Source: Candidatus Moraniibacteriota bacterium
Lineage (GTDB): Bacteria; Patescibacteriota; Minisyncoccia; Moranbacterales; UBA1568
Direction of reading: 5' to 3'
DNA: 64,000 nt
NCBI GenBank assembly: GCA_963743885.1
Contig: CAVURJ010000002.1
Location: 433,706 to 497,705, forward strand
Part shown: piece after piece, positions 1-10,220 of the stretch
Position numbering within the stretch: position 1 is the stretch's first letter
Layout: each line of letters opens with the position of its first letter
Program-made: the position numbers and the translations under genes
The notes under the pieces: generated by a model
Database searches by the model: none
The model's input: only the letters and a program-made list of their open reading frames with translations
What the model was told of the DNA's origin: nothing

Positions 1-734
1 TTCGATACAACCGATGGGACAATCTTTCCATTGATTAAGAATCCGCGAGGAGCGTTGAGCGTCGCGAAGCTTATAGTCGTACCAGTCTGGCTCTGCATCT
101 GAAAATCCGTCCCATCATAGATGACAGTCACGATCTGCCCTGCTTCGATATCACCATCAGCGAGATCCTGGTCGTGGTTTTTCTTGATGGTCTTTGCACC
201 GAGAGCGTTCACGTTGAGCGTCGCCGCGCCGGTGTTGGCAGTGTTCGCTTTGAAGACGACCATCATGCCGGCATAGTACGCGGCCGGGACTGGATCGAGC
301 GTGATAGCATAGGCATCGGTCGCACCAGCATCAGCACCGTACCGCACTGAGTCGATAGCGCTGATCAAAAGCTTCCCCGCCTGCGTCGCAAACGCGAGGA
401 TACCATCTATAACATCGTTCCAAAGCGTCGAGTCAATGACGATCTCAACGACGGCGCCGCCAGCGTGCGCCTGGGCGGTGCCTCCAATACCACGGGCGCA
501 TGAGACGATTCTTGAGCTATCAACGACTCCGCTAAGACGTTCCATCTTTTCAGGAGTCTGCACACCAGATGAACTAACCCTATCTACAGTGACAGTTACG
601 CCGGTCCCGGTAGGGAGCGACGTCGGAGATATGAGTCCGAAATTATCAATAGAGGCATTCGAGATACCAGAGGCGTCGAGCTGCCACCCGATATTCGGAG
701 CTATCTTCTTAAACTTGTCCAGTGCGCTTGACAT
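1..734 (-). CDS. Tail fibre protein (partial, runs off the window)
   Basis: My translation from ATG 734: MSSALDKFKK...DAYAITLDPVPAAYYAGMMVVFKANTANTGAATLNVNALGAKTIKKN, a motif typical of phage tail fibres. Not in the ORF track because it is truncated. Confidence 0.75.
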   Translation of the reverse strand, partial: MSSALDKFKKIAPNIGWQLDASGISNASIDNFGLISPTSLPTGTGVTVTVDRVSSSGVQTPEKMERLSGVVDSSRIVSCARGIGGTAQAHAGGAVVEIVIDSTLWNDVIDGILAFATQAGKLLISAIDSVRYGADAGATDAYAITLDPVPAAYYAGMMVVFKANTANTGAATLNVNALGAKTIKKNHDQDLADGDIEAGQIVTVIYDGTDFQMQSQTGTTISFATLNAPRGFLINGKIVPSVVS

Positions 735-743
735 AGTGTAAAT

Positions 744-868
744 AAAAAAAGCGGCCTACCAGGTCGCCGCGCATTGGCGCTTGCCTGATAGGTCGCTTGG
801 TCCGCAATGTATGTGCTGCGGATATCGATCTACACCAGAATGATACCACCTTTCCATGAATGGCGCAA
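744..868 (-). promoter_or_regulatory. Phage promoter + structured leader/terminator, copy 1
   Basis: TTGCGC-17bp-(TGn)TATCAT, predicted +1 at 833, hairpin, terminator stem and U-tract; stem ends 16 nt before the tail fibre ATG. Confidence 0.8.
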
Positions 869-871
869 GTC

Positions 872-2842
872 CTACCTGAACCAGGAGGCTGGTATCTTCT
901 TCGGCTTAATGACTCCCCTGGACTGTATCTTGAGGATGGTATATTCCGTATCCATCGAGTTCGACGATATCCTGAATTGGATGGCATACATCTCCTTTCC
1001 GACTTTCACGGCGCTCTTGATAGATGCCTGGGAATATGTCGTTGGGGCAGCCTCCTCGTCCTTGAGCGTTATCTCGCCCAGGAGGCCGGTCCAGAACTCG
1101 CTGACGCTGAGTGTATTCGCCACTGGCTTCGACGAGATGAGCGAGAAACCTTTCTTTGCCGTCAGGCCGTATACCTCGAAGGTTATATCCCCTTTTGCCC
1201 GACCGAGCACGCACAGAGCGTCCTTTATCTTCGCGGCGATAGTCTCATCGTCCTCGTCGATCGGTATGAGTCCGGAGATATACGATGTGCTGAAGGCTAC
1301 TCCGTCATCGCCGAGGATGTTCTCTGAGATCTCCGTCAGACGCGCGCCGGTCGTCGGTACGCCCAGAAGATGCGTATTCCCGTCGGAATCAGTGAACTCG
1401 AGGAACTGTCGGAATCCGATGGTCCACTTGTAGAACCACTCATCAAGCTCAGCATCATACCCGAAGATCATATCATTCTCATCGCCACCCTCTGATGCTG
1501 AGAATATGAGCTTCGAGTCGTAGAAATGCCCAGCCATCATCGGAAGCGATTTGAGCGAGGCGAATGTCGGACGGATATTCTCGGACATGGACTGTGTCGA
1601 GAGTATGTTCGTGACATTTTCCTTGTTGTTAAGCCTCGTTACTCCCTGGATAGACGGGAACCACAACGAGTCTTTCGCTTCCACGACCGCTCCTGGAGAC
1701 GTCGTTCCTACGGCGCCGGCTATCTTCGTTGGTGACGGGATGATGATTGTCTCGCCTGTTGAGGTGTCAACCAGGAATTGAACCTGCCATATCGACCCAT
1801 TCCCACCCGGGCCGCCCGTGATCGCTGTCGGCGCTGGATCTCCCTTTCCGGTCCGGAAATGCCCGACATACTGGAGCGTCTCGCCACATCCCTCATCGAG
1901 CTTCACCCAGCCACCGCCATCGGCATCGGCGAATGAAAAGAACTCCGCTCCGGTACCTGAGAAAAACACGGTATATGGATGGTTTTTCGGGTCGATTCCG
2001 ACGAGACGCGTCTCTGAGCGCCTGATCATGGAGAAGGCCGGGCCTTCCGTGGTATCGAAATCAGGGGCATCATTGAACGGGCTCGCCACAGCACTCGCAT
2101 CATCTTGGTATGAATTGGTGTATGCAATATCGAGCAGCTTCTCCTTTCCGGACTCGGTGGAATAGTACACCTGGTACTTCAGTGCGCCAGGGACGGCGGT
2201 CCATGACAGATCCACACGCTCGTTCGCATCTTTGTTCCATGTATTTCGCTCCTTGTTTACCGTGATATTGTACTCTGCACAGACGGGCGTCTCGCCTATA
2301 CCATTGAGAGCTGTCACTTTGTAGTAGAGATTGTATGTTCCTGACGTCAGGATGTTTCTCGTACCAGTCAGCCCAGTCGGGGTATCAAGCTTCACGAATC
2401 GGTCGAATATGGTTCCATTGAAGCGCGTAAGCGGATTCTCACCATTCGCTATGAGCAGATACCCGCCAGCCATTTCGAACCAGTACCGATTCGCATCCGT
2501 CGAGAAGGTTGCACCGGAAATCTCCGACCAGGTCACAGCATCCGATGATGAGTAGCCCTTTCCGCTACCGCATATCGCCAACAGCTTCTGAGTACCGTTC
2601 GATGCAGTGTATACCCCGGCGCCGACGATAGAGTCCTCACCTGGAACCTCGAGACCATATTTGGCCGTTCCCCAGCGCACCTTCCATTTTCCGTCCTGTG
2701 CCTGATAAAGATTGAGCGCTTCCTTGGCGTATATTTTTCCCAATACAATATCATCAAGGAGCGTCGCAACGCCCTTGAACACCTTTATGGACAGTGCCCA
2801 CCTCTTCTTTTGTGCGAACCCTCTCAGATTGGGAAACTTCAT
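872..2842 (-). CDS. Tail tubular protein B / nozzle (P22 gp10-like)
   Basis: 656 aa, beta-rich with an FN3-like segment, located between adaptor and tail fibre. Confidence 0.65.
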   Translation of the reverse strand: MKFPNLRGFAQKKRWALSIKVFKGVATLLDDIVLGKIYAKEALNLYQAQDGKWKVRWGTAKYGLEVPGEDSIVGAGVYTASNGTQKLLAICGSGKGYSSSDAVTWSEISGATFSTDANRYWFEMAGGYLLIANGENPLTRFNGTIFDRFVKLDTPTGLTGTRNILTSGTYNLYYKVTALNGIGETPVCAEYNITVNKERNTWNKDANERVDLSWTAVPGALKYQVYYSTESGKEKLLDIAYTNSYQDDASAVASPFNDAPDFDTTEGPAFSMIRRSETRLVGIDPKNHPYTVFFSGTGAEFFSFADADGGGWVKLDEGCGETLQYVGHFRTGKGDPAPTAITGGPGGNGSIWQVQFLVDTSTGETIIIPSPTKIAGAVGTTSPGAVVEAKDSLWFPSIQGVTRLNNKENVTNILSTQSMSENIRPTFASLKSLPMMAGHFYDSKLIFSASEGGDENDMIFGYDAELDEWFYKWTIGFRQFLEFTDSDGNTHLLGVPTTGARLTEISENILGDDGVAFSTSYISGLIPIDEDDETIAAKIKDALCVLGRAKGDITFEVYGLTAKKGFSLISSKPVANTLSVSEFWTGLLGEITLKDEEAAPTTYSQASIKSAVKVGKEMYAIQFRISSNSMDTEYTILKIQSRGVIKPKKIPASWFR

Positions 2843-2854
2843 ATCTCGTGTCGT

Positions 2855-3499
2855 TTACATACCGAAACCCCAACCCGCCGGATTATCATCCGGCATGCTC
2901 GGTGGAAGATTCGGAATCTTCATCATGCGGAGCGCTTCCTGGGCGTTCGAGAGATTGACCTCTCCTTGGGAGAAATCCTCATCATCTATTCGCATCATGC
3001 CGATTCCGTACTGTACAATCATCGTTGGGTCGCTCATCTCCGGCTCCGTCGTCTCCTCACCGGTGGAGAATCGCGTCTCTTTCTTGAGATACTTAAACTC
3101 AGCCGTTCCGGAAGCAGCCGGAAGTGTACGAAGATTCTTGCCTTCTATCCAGGCGTAATACGGAGTAATACCCATGCGATCGGCCCGCACACCTTCCTGC
3201 GCGCTGACGACCAGGTAGAGGCTTCCTCCTACAGACACGCTGGCTCGGCCATCCGGCTCCCGGAAGAAATCCAAGAACTCGAGCCCGTGCAGATCTGTAC
3301 CGGTGCCACCGCACGCTACCGAAGCGTCGTTCTTGAGCTCCGGCCACTGTACACCCTCACGGACACATCTCTCATGCTCCGTTATGGCGCTATTCGCATG
3401 GCGGACCATAGTCGCCATCTCGTCGCTGCCGCTCTCTGGATACTCGGTATCCCCCGCGTACCCGACATGCATTTGCTTTATGATTTCCTGAAAATCCAT
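2855..3499 (-). CDS. Head-tail adaptor / tail tubular protein A
   Basis: 214 aa; size and position directly before the nozzle gene. Confidence 0.55.
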   Translation of the reverse strand: MDFQEIIKQMHVGYAGDTEYPESGSDEMATMVRHANSAITEHERCVREGVQWPELKNDASVACGGTGTDLHGLEFLDFFREPDGRASVSVGGSLYLVVSAQEGVRADRMGITPYYAWIEGKNLRTLPAASGTAEFKYLKKETRFSTGEETTEPEMSDPTMIVQYGIGMMRIDDEDFSQGEVNLSNAQEALRMMKIPNLPPSMPDDNPAGWGFGM

Positions 3500-3516
3500 A
3501 TAGTTGCGTTATCTTG

Positions 3517-6500
3517 TTAGCGTCGGATTTTTCTGACCTTCTTAATCCTCGCCGGACGGAACGACATCATTCCGCGCCGCGAGATCGGTGCCGCCTTTGA
3601 ATCCATGAGTGCGAGCTCGAGGTCAATCATGTCCTTATCGATGAGTGGATAGCGAAACTTCTCCGGGAGCTTCTTCTCCGCTTTCGGCTTATTGAACGCC
3701 CCGCCGTATGATTCGAACTTCTCAGCTTCATTCGCGAGCGTATCTATCTGATTCTCATATTCCGAACGGTCCAAATCATCCACAGTAGGATCTGATACGA
3801 GCTTCTGAAGGAGCATATACTTCTTCTCAGCGTTATCGCGCCATTCCTGAAAGTTCTTTGCGCGCTTGTTCCCAGACATCCTGGCATTGAGGAGCTTCAC
3901 CGTGAACGAATCCTTCCGCTCCTGATACGCTGTACCGTCGTCTTTTTTCCTCAAGACATAGTCTCCGGCATCACGGAAGCTCTCATCTGAATCTTCGAAA
4001 TCCTCTCTCTCGATAGCCTGCCGCGCGAGTGTCTCGTTCTTGAAAGTCTTCGTATCAGACCTAAGTGCCGGAACGAAATACTTCCCGTCCTTGAGACGAT
4101 AGACACCTTCACCAACATCACCGGCCTCTCCCTGCTTGAGAGATCCACCAGCCTTGAGCCCCTCCTTCTCTTTGTTCGCTGAGCGGGAAGCCATAAGCGA
4201 TGAGTAGTATCCGCCTCGCTCGCCTTCCGGAAGCATTCGGAAAATCTCATCCTGTGTATCACCGAGAGGATTGCTGTCAGCTTCACGATAATCCTGCACC
4301 TCCTGAAGAGAGTTTTTACCGAAGAATAGTCCTTTTGCCATGTTGTACGGGCTCGATTCCACCGGCGTCATCACCTTGCCGGATGACGTCTCGGCAAATC
4401 CATCCATGAGCGTACCAACACCTTCGATGGAGTTCTTGATCTGCTTACCACCGAATGGTGGAGCGACCATGAAGAGTGGATCGGCGAAAGACTTGCTCAC
4501 AAGTAGACCACCACCGAATCTCGTCGGATCTTTATCTCCGAAAAGCTTCTCCCTTGTAGGAAGGTTGATTCCGGATCCCATGATGTCCTTCTTCCCATAT
4601 TCTGGATACATAGCCGCCACGGTCTGCCCAAGAGGGAGATTCGACAGTGCCTCTCCGGCGATACGTCCGCCGGCTCGCGTCAGTCCGGTACCGACAGTAT
4701 CTGACTCGCTATACGCTCCATACGCATCGATCATGGCCTGGATAGGATCAATGGCGACACCGCTTCCGCGTATCTCTTCAGCCGCCCGGTTCATCAGCCA
4801 CGTCGCCACAGAAAACTCCATGAGACGCTTCGCCAGAACAAGCTTACTCGGATCATTCTTCGCCCAGTCTCCGAATACTCTCCACTGGTTCGCTACCTCG
4901 AGCTGGAACGGTGCTATGAGCTGCGTAATCTTCGATTTTTGGAGGATAGGTACCTCTCCGATACCGCGGCCAGCCACCAGCTTCCGCGTCCAATCATCGG
5001 CATACTTCACCGGGTCGGACACGCCGAGTCCGAGCGCCTTCTGATACTGCGCGTTCCATGTGAATGTCGATCCTATCTTGTCCCCTATAGACGTAATCCA
5101 GACAGCGAAATCTTTCGTCCTATTGAGGATTCCAGGCTCAAACTTGTCATATCCGTTGAAATACCTCTCGTTCAGGAAAACGGAGCGCTTCGACGGAACA
5201 TCATCCTTCAGAATATCGACCATGCTATGGCCTATGGCGCGCGCCGAGTTCCTGACCCCCGCATTCGCGATTCCGTTCGGTATGCCGAAGAATTGTGCAA
5301 GCGCCGACGATGCGTTTCCAACGATTGTGTTCGCCTTCACTCGGCTATTGAGCCAATTTATCGCCTTGAAAGCCTGCCGTCCGAACATATTATCCTGGAA
5401 CGGCCTGTCGATTGGGTTCGTCTTACCGGCAAGGTCATTCGAGAAATTATCTAGGAACTTCAGGAAATTGTTGAGCTTGTTATCGGATGCCTCGGCAAGC
5501 GCCTTGGCATTGAACTCCGCCATTCCTTCTGGGGAGAGATTCTCGGTCATATACTCCTTCACCTTTCCGGCGTCCTTGATACCAGCGAGATCCTTCGCCA
5601 TGCGGACAGCGTCGCGGTCCTGGAGTCCTTTTCCGATGAGCAAGTTCTTGATTTCGTTCGGATCGGAAACACTGGCTATGCTTTCGAACGGATCCATCTT
5701 TTTCGAGAGCTCCTCCGCCAGTCCGACACTGGTATCGTCAAAGAACGCTCCGCGTGGAGTCTTTGACTTTATCTCTTGGTCTACTCCTCGGAAGCGCTGG
5801 ATGTGCGGATCAATATGCTTCGCGTACGCATTCGCCTTGATGTAATCGAGGAAGCCTCCAACGGCATCCATTTCGGTCTGCTTCCCAGTCCGCTTCTGAG
5901 CGAACGAGATCCACTTCGAGCTTGGCTTTGTGAACTGCGAAGACACGGCGAGAGCTGGATCGATATTCGCAGGCGTGTCGAAGATGTTCATGAGACCCTT
6001 GAATCCATCCGCCATCTCCTGGAAATGACGGTAGTAGTTCTCACGCTTCGGAATGACCTTAGTGCTCTCCGGGTGCAGCGGGTGCGTCGGGAAATAGAAC
6101 TCGCGGATGCGGTTCGTCTCATCGAGCATGTTGTCGTACATGTTCCGGAACCACTGGTCCGCCCGGACGACTTTGTCGGCCCCATCCTTTCCGAACTCTT
6201 TGACGAGGTCGTCATACGACATCCTCATCCCATCTGGCAATCCGGTATCTCCGTATTGCTGTACCGCCTGCGAAAGCCTGCTCCCCTTCTTGATACCGAG
6301 TCCGTCTACGATATGTTTCTGGAGTGCTTCGAGCTGCATACGCTGCTCATCGATAAACGCCCCCTTAGATGCGTCAAAAGGATCGAGAAGCTCGCTCTTC
6401 ACCTTCCCATAGGAATCGCCGAATACGTCCTCAAAGTTCCGATAGACGTCGCGCGTTCCAGCTTGGAGTGCTGATATATCCTTGAGCTTCACCGGGTCGA

Positions 6501-8112
6501 TTCCCTCCATGATCTTCGTATTGAGGTCTCGCTTCCTGGCGTAGTATTCCTTGAGCGTCTGATACGCCACGCGGTTCTTCAGGATGTTCTTCGTCATGTC
6601 AGAGCGGAAATCCATCATGGACTGGTGTCCCTTCGGATACCCAAGCCGCCCGAGCTCTGCGATGATCTTGCCTTCCTCCACGCCTATCTTCGCCGCTTCG
6701 GCCTTCTTGTATCCCATCGCGCGCAAAACATCCGGGACGTTCGCGATTTCCCGGAGATCCTGGATGATTTGCTTTCGCTTGTTGAAGGCGTCCTTCTGGT
6801 ACTTGTTATACCCTCCGGACGGAAACAGTGGCTCTGCCGGCTTCACAGGAGCCATAGGCTTCGCTGGATCAGGTATAGCATCCAATTCCTTCGATATGCG
6901 CTCGTCTATGCTCATAGGAGCGCTCTGAGGTGCTTTCTGGGGTGATGGCACCATCCTAGGCGCTACAGGAGCTCCTGGGGAAGTTTCCATGAGATTCCTG
7001 ACGGTTTCCTTAGCTGCGGCATTCTTCCTGGCGTTCAGAGCGTTCGCTTCGAGAGTGTTCTGGTTCCGTGGAGGACGACCGACGTTTTTGAGGCTCATAC
7101 CAGGCTGCGGCAGAGCATCCCGGACGGCCCGGCCGACATCAGAAAGCGTCGGGGAGGCTTTGCGCTCCACGACTTGCTCCGGGATGAGCTTCTCCTTGCG
7201 GATCCCATATACCGGAGACTGCGATACCTTGTCGAATCCAGCCTTGAAGGCCTTCCCAGAATACCGCTCCCCTTCTCCAAGCTTCGGTATCACCCCTGGC
7301 TTTCCATCAGCGTCGGAAGCGAATCTCACGACACCGCCATCACTCCAATGAGACTGTAGCCTTTCAGTTTTCAGAGGCTGTGTCCTGTTTCGTATCGAGT
7401 TCTTCGCCGCTTCCGGGACAGACTCCATGATCTCCTTCACCTTCTTCGCTGCTCCAGTAGCATCGTCAATACCTTCCTTCGCGAGAATGGTTGTCGGACG
7501 CATCAGGCCAGAAACGACACCGCCGAGAGCTGTACCCATTCCAGGTTTGAAAGTATCCGCGTTCGTCTTCTCTTCTTTCGACATCTTGTCGGCTACATCA
7601 TAGGCATACCCAAGTCCAGCGCCGCCAGCGACGCGTTTCACGACGCTCGGAGACATGAGCATCTTTGCTGTAGCCTTGATCTTGCCAAACGGAGCGATCT
7701 CTATGACAGACTTCGCTGTATCGGCGAGCATCTTCTTCGGAGTAAGATCCGTCACCGTCGGAAGAATATCGGTATTTCCAGCCTTGTACTGCTTCCTGAC
7801 ATTCTTGTCGACAGCGAATGCCGCACCCTCACCGATTACCTTCGGAGCCTTCGACAGAACGTTCTTCGTCCCGGAAAACATCTCTCCAACGTTATGGCTC
7901 GCCTCACGCACGAAATCCCGCGTCCGGAGTTCCGGAGCGGGCTCGAAATACCGTTCCACCGGCCGCGAACGCATCAGTTCGCTTGCGCTGTCCGCGGCCG
8001 ATTTCCCGATACGGGATATTTTCGATGTAGTGTTACCGAGAGCGTCAATGGCGCCATCTCCGATGTCGGAAATCTTCTTCTTCGCTTTTCGGTAAAAGTC
8101 AACGAGCGCCAT
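3517..8112 (-). CDS. Large internal virion (DNA ejection) protein
   Basis: 1531 aa, helical, Gly/Ala-rich N-terminus, podoviral position. Confidence 0.6.
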   Translation of the reverse strand: MALVDFYRKAKKKISDIGDGAIDALGNTTSKISRIGKSAADSASELMRSRPVERYFEPAPELRTRDFVREASHNVGEMFSGTKNVLSKAPKVIGEGAAFAVDKNVRKQYKAGNTDILPTVTDLTPKKMLADTAKSVIEIAPFGKIKATAKMLMSPSVVKRVAGGAGLGYAYDVADKMSKEEKTNADTFKPGMGTALGGVVSGLMRPTTILAKEGIDDATGAAKKVKEIMESVPEAAKNSIRNRTQPLKTERLQSHWSDGGVVRFASDADGKPGVIPKLGEGERYSGKAFKAGFDKVSQSPVYGIRKEKLIPEQVVERKASPTLSDVGRAVRDALPQPGMSLKNVGRPPRNQNTLEANALNARKNAAAKETVRNLMETSPGAPVAPRMVPSPQKAPQSAPMSIDERISKELDAIPDPAKPMAPVKPAEPLFPSGGYNKYQKDAFNKRKQIIQDLREIANVPDVLRAMGYKKAEAAKIGVEEGKIIAELGRLGYPKGHQSMMDFRSDMTKNILKNRVAYQTLKEYYARKRDLNTKIMEGIDPVKLKDISALQAGTRDVYRNFEDVFGDSYGKVKSELLDPFDASKGAFIDEQRMQLEALQKHIVDGLGIKKGSRLSQAVQQYGDTGLPDGMRMSYDDLVKEFGKDGADKVVRADQWFRNMYDNMLDETNRIREFYFPTHPLHPESTKVIPKRENYYRHFQEMADGFKGLMNIFDTPANIDPALAVSSQFTKPSSKWISFAQKRTGKQTEMDAVGGFLDYIKANAYAKHIDPHIQRFRGVDQEIKSKTPRGAFFDDTSVGLAEELSKKMDPFESIASVSDPNEIKNLLIGKGLQDRDAVRMAKDLAGIKDAGKVKEYMTENLSPEGMAEFNAKALAEASDNKLNNFLKFLDNFSNDLAGKTNPIDRPFQDNMFGRQAFKAINWLNSRVKANTIVGNASSALAQFFGIPNGIANAGVRNSARAIGHSMVDILKDDVPSKRSVFLNERYFNGYDKFEPGILNRTKDFAVWITSIGDKIGSTFTWNAQYQKALGLGVSDPVKYADDWTRKLVAGRGIGEVPILQKSKITQLIAPFQLEVANQWRVFGDWAKNDPSKLVLAKRLMEFSVATWLMNRAAEEIRGSGVAIDPIQAMIDAYGAYSESDTVGTGLTRAGGRIAGEALSNLPLGQTVAAMYPEYGKKDIMGSGINLPTREKLFGDKDPTRFGGGLLVSKSFADPLFMVAPPFGGKQIKNSIEGVGTLMDGFAETSSGKVMTPVESSPYNMAKGLFFGKNSLQEVQDYREADSNPLGDTQDEIFRMLPEGERGGYYSSLMASRSANKEKEGLKAGGSLKQGEAGDVGEGVYRLKDGKYFVPALRSDTKTFKNETLARQAIEREDFEDSDESFRDAGDYVLRKKDDGTAYQERKDSFTVKLLNARMSGNKRAKNFQEWRDNAEKKYMLLQKLVSDPTVDDLDRSEYENQIDTLANEAEKFESYGGAFNKPKAEKKLPEKFRYPLIDKDMIDLELALMDSKAAPISRRGMMSFRPARIKKVRKIRR

Positions 8113-8132
8113 ACCGCGTATCCGTTATTGGT

Positions 8133-9344
8133 TTATGCTACGGGTTCGGTGGCAGTCGTCTCCTCTGAATAGATCGGTTTTCCAAAGATGTCGTATCCAA
8201 CGATCTTCCGGTCTTTATTATTCTGATTATTCGGATCCGAGTCATCGAGCCAATCCTGCGCGCCATCAGAGAGCCCGTCGAGATTCCACTCTTCCGTGTA
8301 ATCAGGAACCTGGAGCTCCGCCGGTGCGTTCACGTCAATTTCCGCCGCCTGGATCTCATCGATGTTGATGCCCTGCTCCTGCGCCGCGATCGTGATGTTC
8401 TGCTTGAGTGTAGCCACCTTGCCGGAGATCTCAGCCACCTTGCCGAGGAACTTGTTGAGGTTCGCATCACTTTCTGCCTTAAGATCCTCCTGTTCCCATT
8501 TGTCAGCATTCTTCGAAAGCTTCGATATAGCTGATTCGTAGCGCTTGTATTCCTCCTTAGCAGCCTTCAGCTGCGTATCGTGCCATTCGTCGGCCTTCTG
8601 GATGCGGAGGGTGTACCGGTCCGTCTCGTCGCGCTCTGCCTGGTTCTGCTCGGCCGTCTGCGTGCCATATCCCTCAAGCTTCTCCTTGCGTTCTTGCCCG
8701 GCCTTCTTCCCGAGCACCTTAGCGAACCTTCTGGCCGCGGACGAGTTCGATGCCCCAAGGACACCGAGATTGATATTGGTACCAAAGATATTCTTCTTGA
8801 CGTCATCCGCTACCTTCTCGAGACTCTCTTTCTGGTTGCTCTGGATGAGCTGTTTGTTCCCAGCGATAGCCTCTTTCGTCTTCTCGAGGTAGCCCTTCGC
8901 CGCCTCTTTGTATTTGTCGCGAAGCGTCGGAATCTTCCCTATATCGGACTTCATAGAAGCTAGGTAGCCCTTCGCGTCCTTGAGCGTCGAGCTCGAGTCC
9001 TTCCAACCGGCGCCAATCATATCGAGCAGCTTCGAACTCTTATTCGACTCGTTCTGCCCGGCATACGAAGCTCCATACAGATCCTTGAGCGATGGGACAA
9101 CATTGCTGTTTCCATCACCACCTCCAGTAGATTGCATCTGACCACCACCGTCTTCGGAGGATCCGGCAGAAGAATACCCACTTTTTGATCCAAGGAAACC
9201 ATCAGGCGTAGCGAGGCCCTGCTTCGCTCGCTGGTATATGGCGGCGACATTTCCGCTCGTTATGGCACGACCAGCCTCCTGGAGACCAGGACGCCCGAAC
9301 AACCTTTCCGAAAGACCTTGCCCACTTTTACCGAGAATCGGCAT
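8133..9344 (-). CDS. Putative ejection/pilot protein (coiled-coil)
   Basis: Gly/Ser-rich N-terminus and long coiled coil, adjacent to the large ejection protein. ATG 9344 preferred over GTG 9371. Confidence 0.5.
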   Translation of the reverse strand: MPILGKSGQGLSERLFGRPGLQEAGRAITSGNVAAIYQRAKQGLATPDGFLGSKSGYSSAGSSEDGGGQMQSTGGGDGNSNVVPSLKDLYGASYAGQNESNKSSKLLDMIGAGWKDSSSTLKDAKGYLASMKSDIGKIPTLRDKYKEAAKGYLEKTKEAIAGNKQLIQSNQKESLEKVADDVKKNIFGTNINLGVLGASNSSAARRFAKVLGKKAGQERKEKLEGYGTQTAEQNQAERDETDRYTLRIQKADEWHDTQLKAAKEEYKRYESAISKLSKNADKWEQEDLKAESDANLNKFLGKVAEISGKVATLKQNITIAAQEQGINIDEIQAAEIDVNAPAELQVPDYTEEWNLDGLSDGAQDWLDDSDPNNQNNKDRKIVGYDIFGKPIYSEETTATEPVA

Positions 9345-9386
9345 ATCATTGTCAGCCAATCGACCGCGCACGGCTGTGCGCTAGTG

Positions 9387-9415
9387 TTGACAAAATTATT
9401 GATTTACACTATACT
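9387..9415 (+). promoter_or_regulatory. sigma70 promoter of the moron genes
   Basis: TTGACA-17bp-TATACT. Confidence 0.7.
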
Positions 9416-9434
9416 TGCTCGTTATAATTGCCTT

Positions 9435-9812
9435 ATGGCTAGGAAACTTTTCATCGTCTCGTCGTTCGTGATCATATCGGCTTCGCTGGTTGTTTTTTCG
9501 ACTGCTTTCATCAACTGGACGAGCTATGGATTCAGCACCGGATTCGGTGATTCAATGATTCCAACTTTTCATCCTGGCACTCTGATATTTACTAACCCGC
9601 TCGAGACTCCAGAGATTGGTGATATTGTTTCATTCAAATGCTTGAGTAAGGAGAAATGCGACCGCTCTGGTGATATTGTTCATAGACTTGTTTCTGTCGA
9701 TCCTGACGGCTGCATGCATATTTACGGTGATAATGCTTCCATGAACTGGGACCCTAAGTGGTGCCTCTATCCAGACGAGATATCTATTTCAGGAGTGGTT
9801 CATAAGCTGTAA
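9435..9812 (+). CDS. S26-family signal peptidase-like protein (moron)
   Basis: N-terminal TM, GDSMIPT (Ser), IGDIVSF, IVHRLV (His), YGDNA..DP. Confidence 0.75.
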   Translation: MARKLFIVSSFVIISASLVVFSTAFINWTSYGFSTGFGDSMIPTFHPGTLIFTNPLETPEIGDIVSFKCLSKEKCDRSGDIVHRLVSVDPDGCMHIYGDNASMNWDPKWCLYPDEISISGVVHKL

Positions 9813-9867
9813 TCATATGAAGACTCTGTTTGACTTGAAATGTTTTTAAATAATTAATTTTTTAAAT

Positions 9868-10065
9868 ATGTTGATACTTTTAAAAATATTCAGGATATTT
9901 TCGGTAATTTTCCTTGTATTACAGGTATCATCTTCATTGATACCGTATTTCATTACTAATCATTTCGGTGAGTTTCATGTTCCGACATTCTTTTTATGGC
10001 TTCTAATCTTTGCAATAACTCAAAACTATATTTCAAAGAAAATCGTTCCAGAAAAAGAATCCTGA
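9868..10065 (+). CDS. Small 2-TM membrane protein (moron)
   Basis: 65 aa, hydrophobic, AT-rich. Confidence 0.55.
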   Translation: MLILLKIFRIFSVIFLVLQVSSSLIPYFITNHFGEFHVPTFFLWLLIFAITQNYISKKIVPEKES

Positions 10066-10080
10066 TTTTTTTCAAACAAC

Positions 10081-10204
10081 AAAAAAGCGGCCTACCAGGT
10101 CGCCGCGCATTGGCGCTTGCCTGATAGGTCGCTTGGTCCGCAATGTATGTGCTGCGGATATCGATCTACACCAGAATGATACCACCTTTCCGAAAAGAGC
10201 GCAA
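10081..10204 (-). promoter_or_regulatory. Phage promoter + structured leader/terminator, copy 2
   Basis: Identical to copy 1 over about 110 bp; -35 conserved although the spacer differs. Confidence 0.8.
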
Positions 10205-10220
10205 GATGGTTTTTTGATGT

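Noticed and set aside
744-833. Known c-di-GMP, fluoride or SAM riboswitch
   Set aside because: Consensus motifs of these classes are not visible by eye; an Rfam search is needed to be certain.
709-987. ORFs 709-987, 10072-10284 and the MRGDLVGRFF extension of the portal
   Set aside because: Their shared peptide is just a translation of the non-coding leader repeat.
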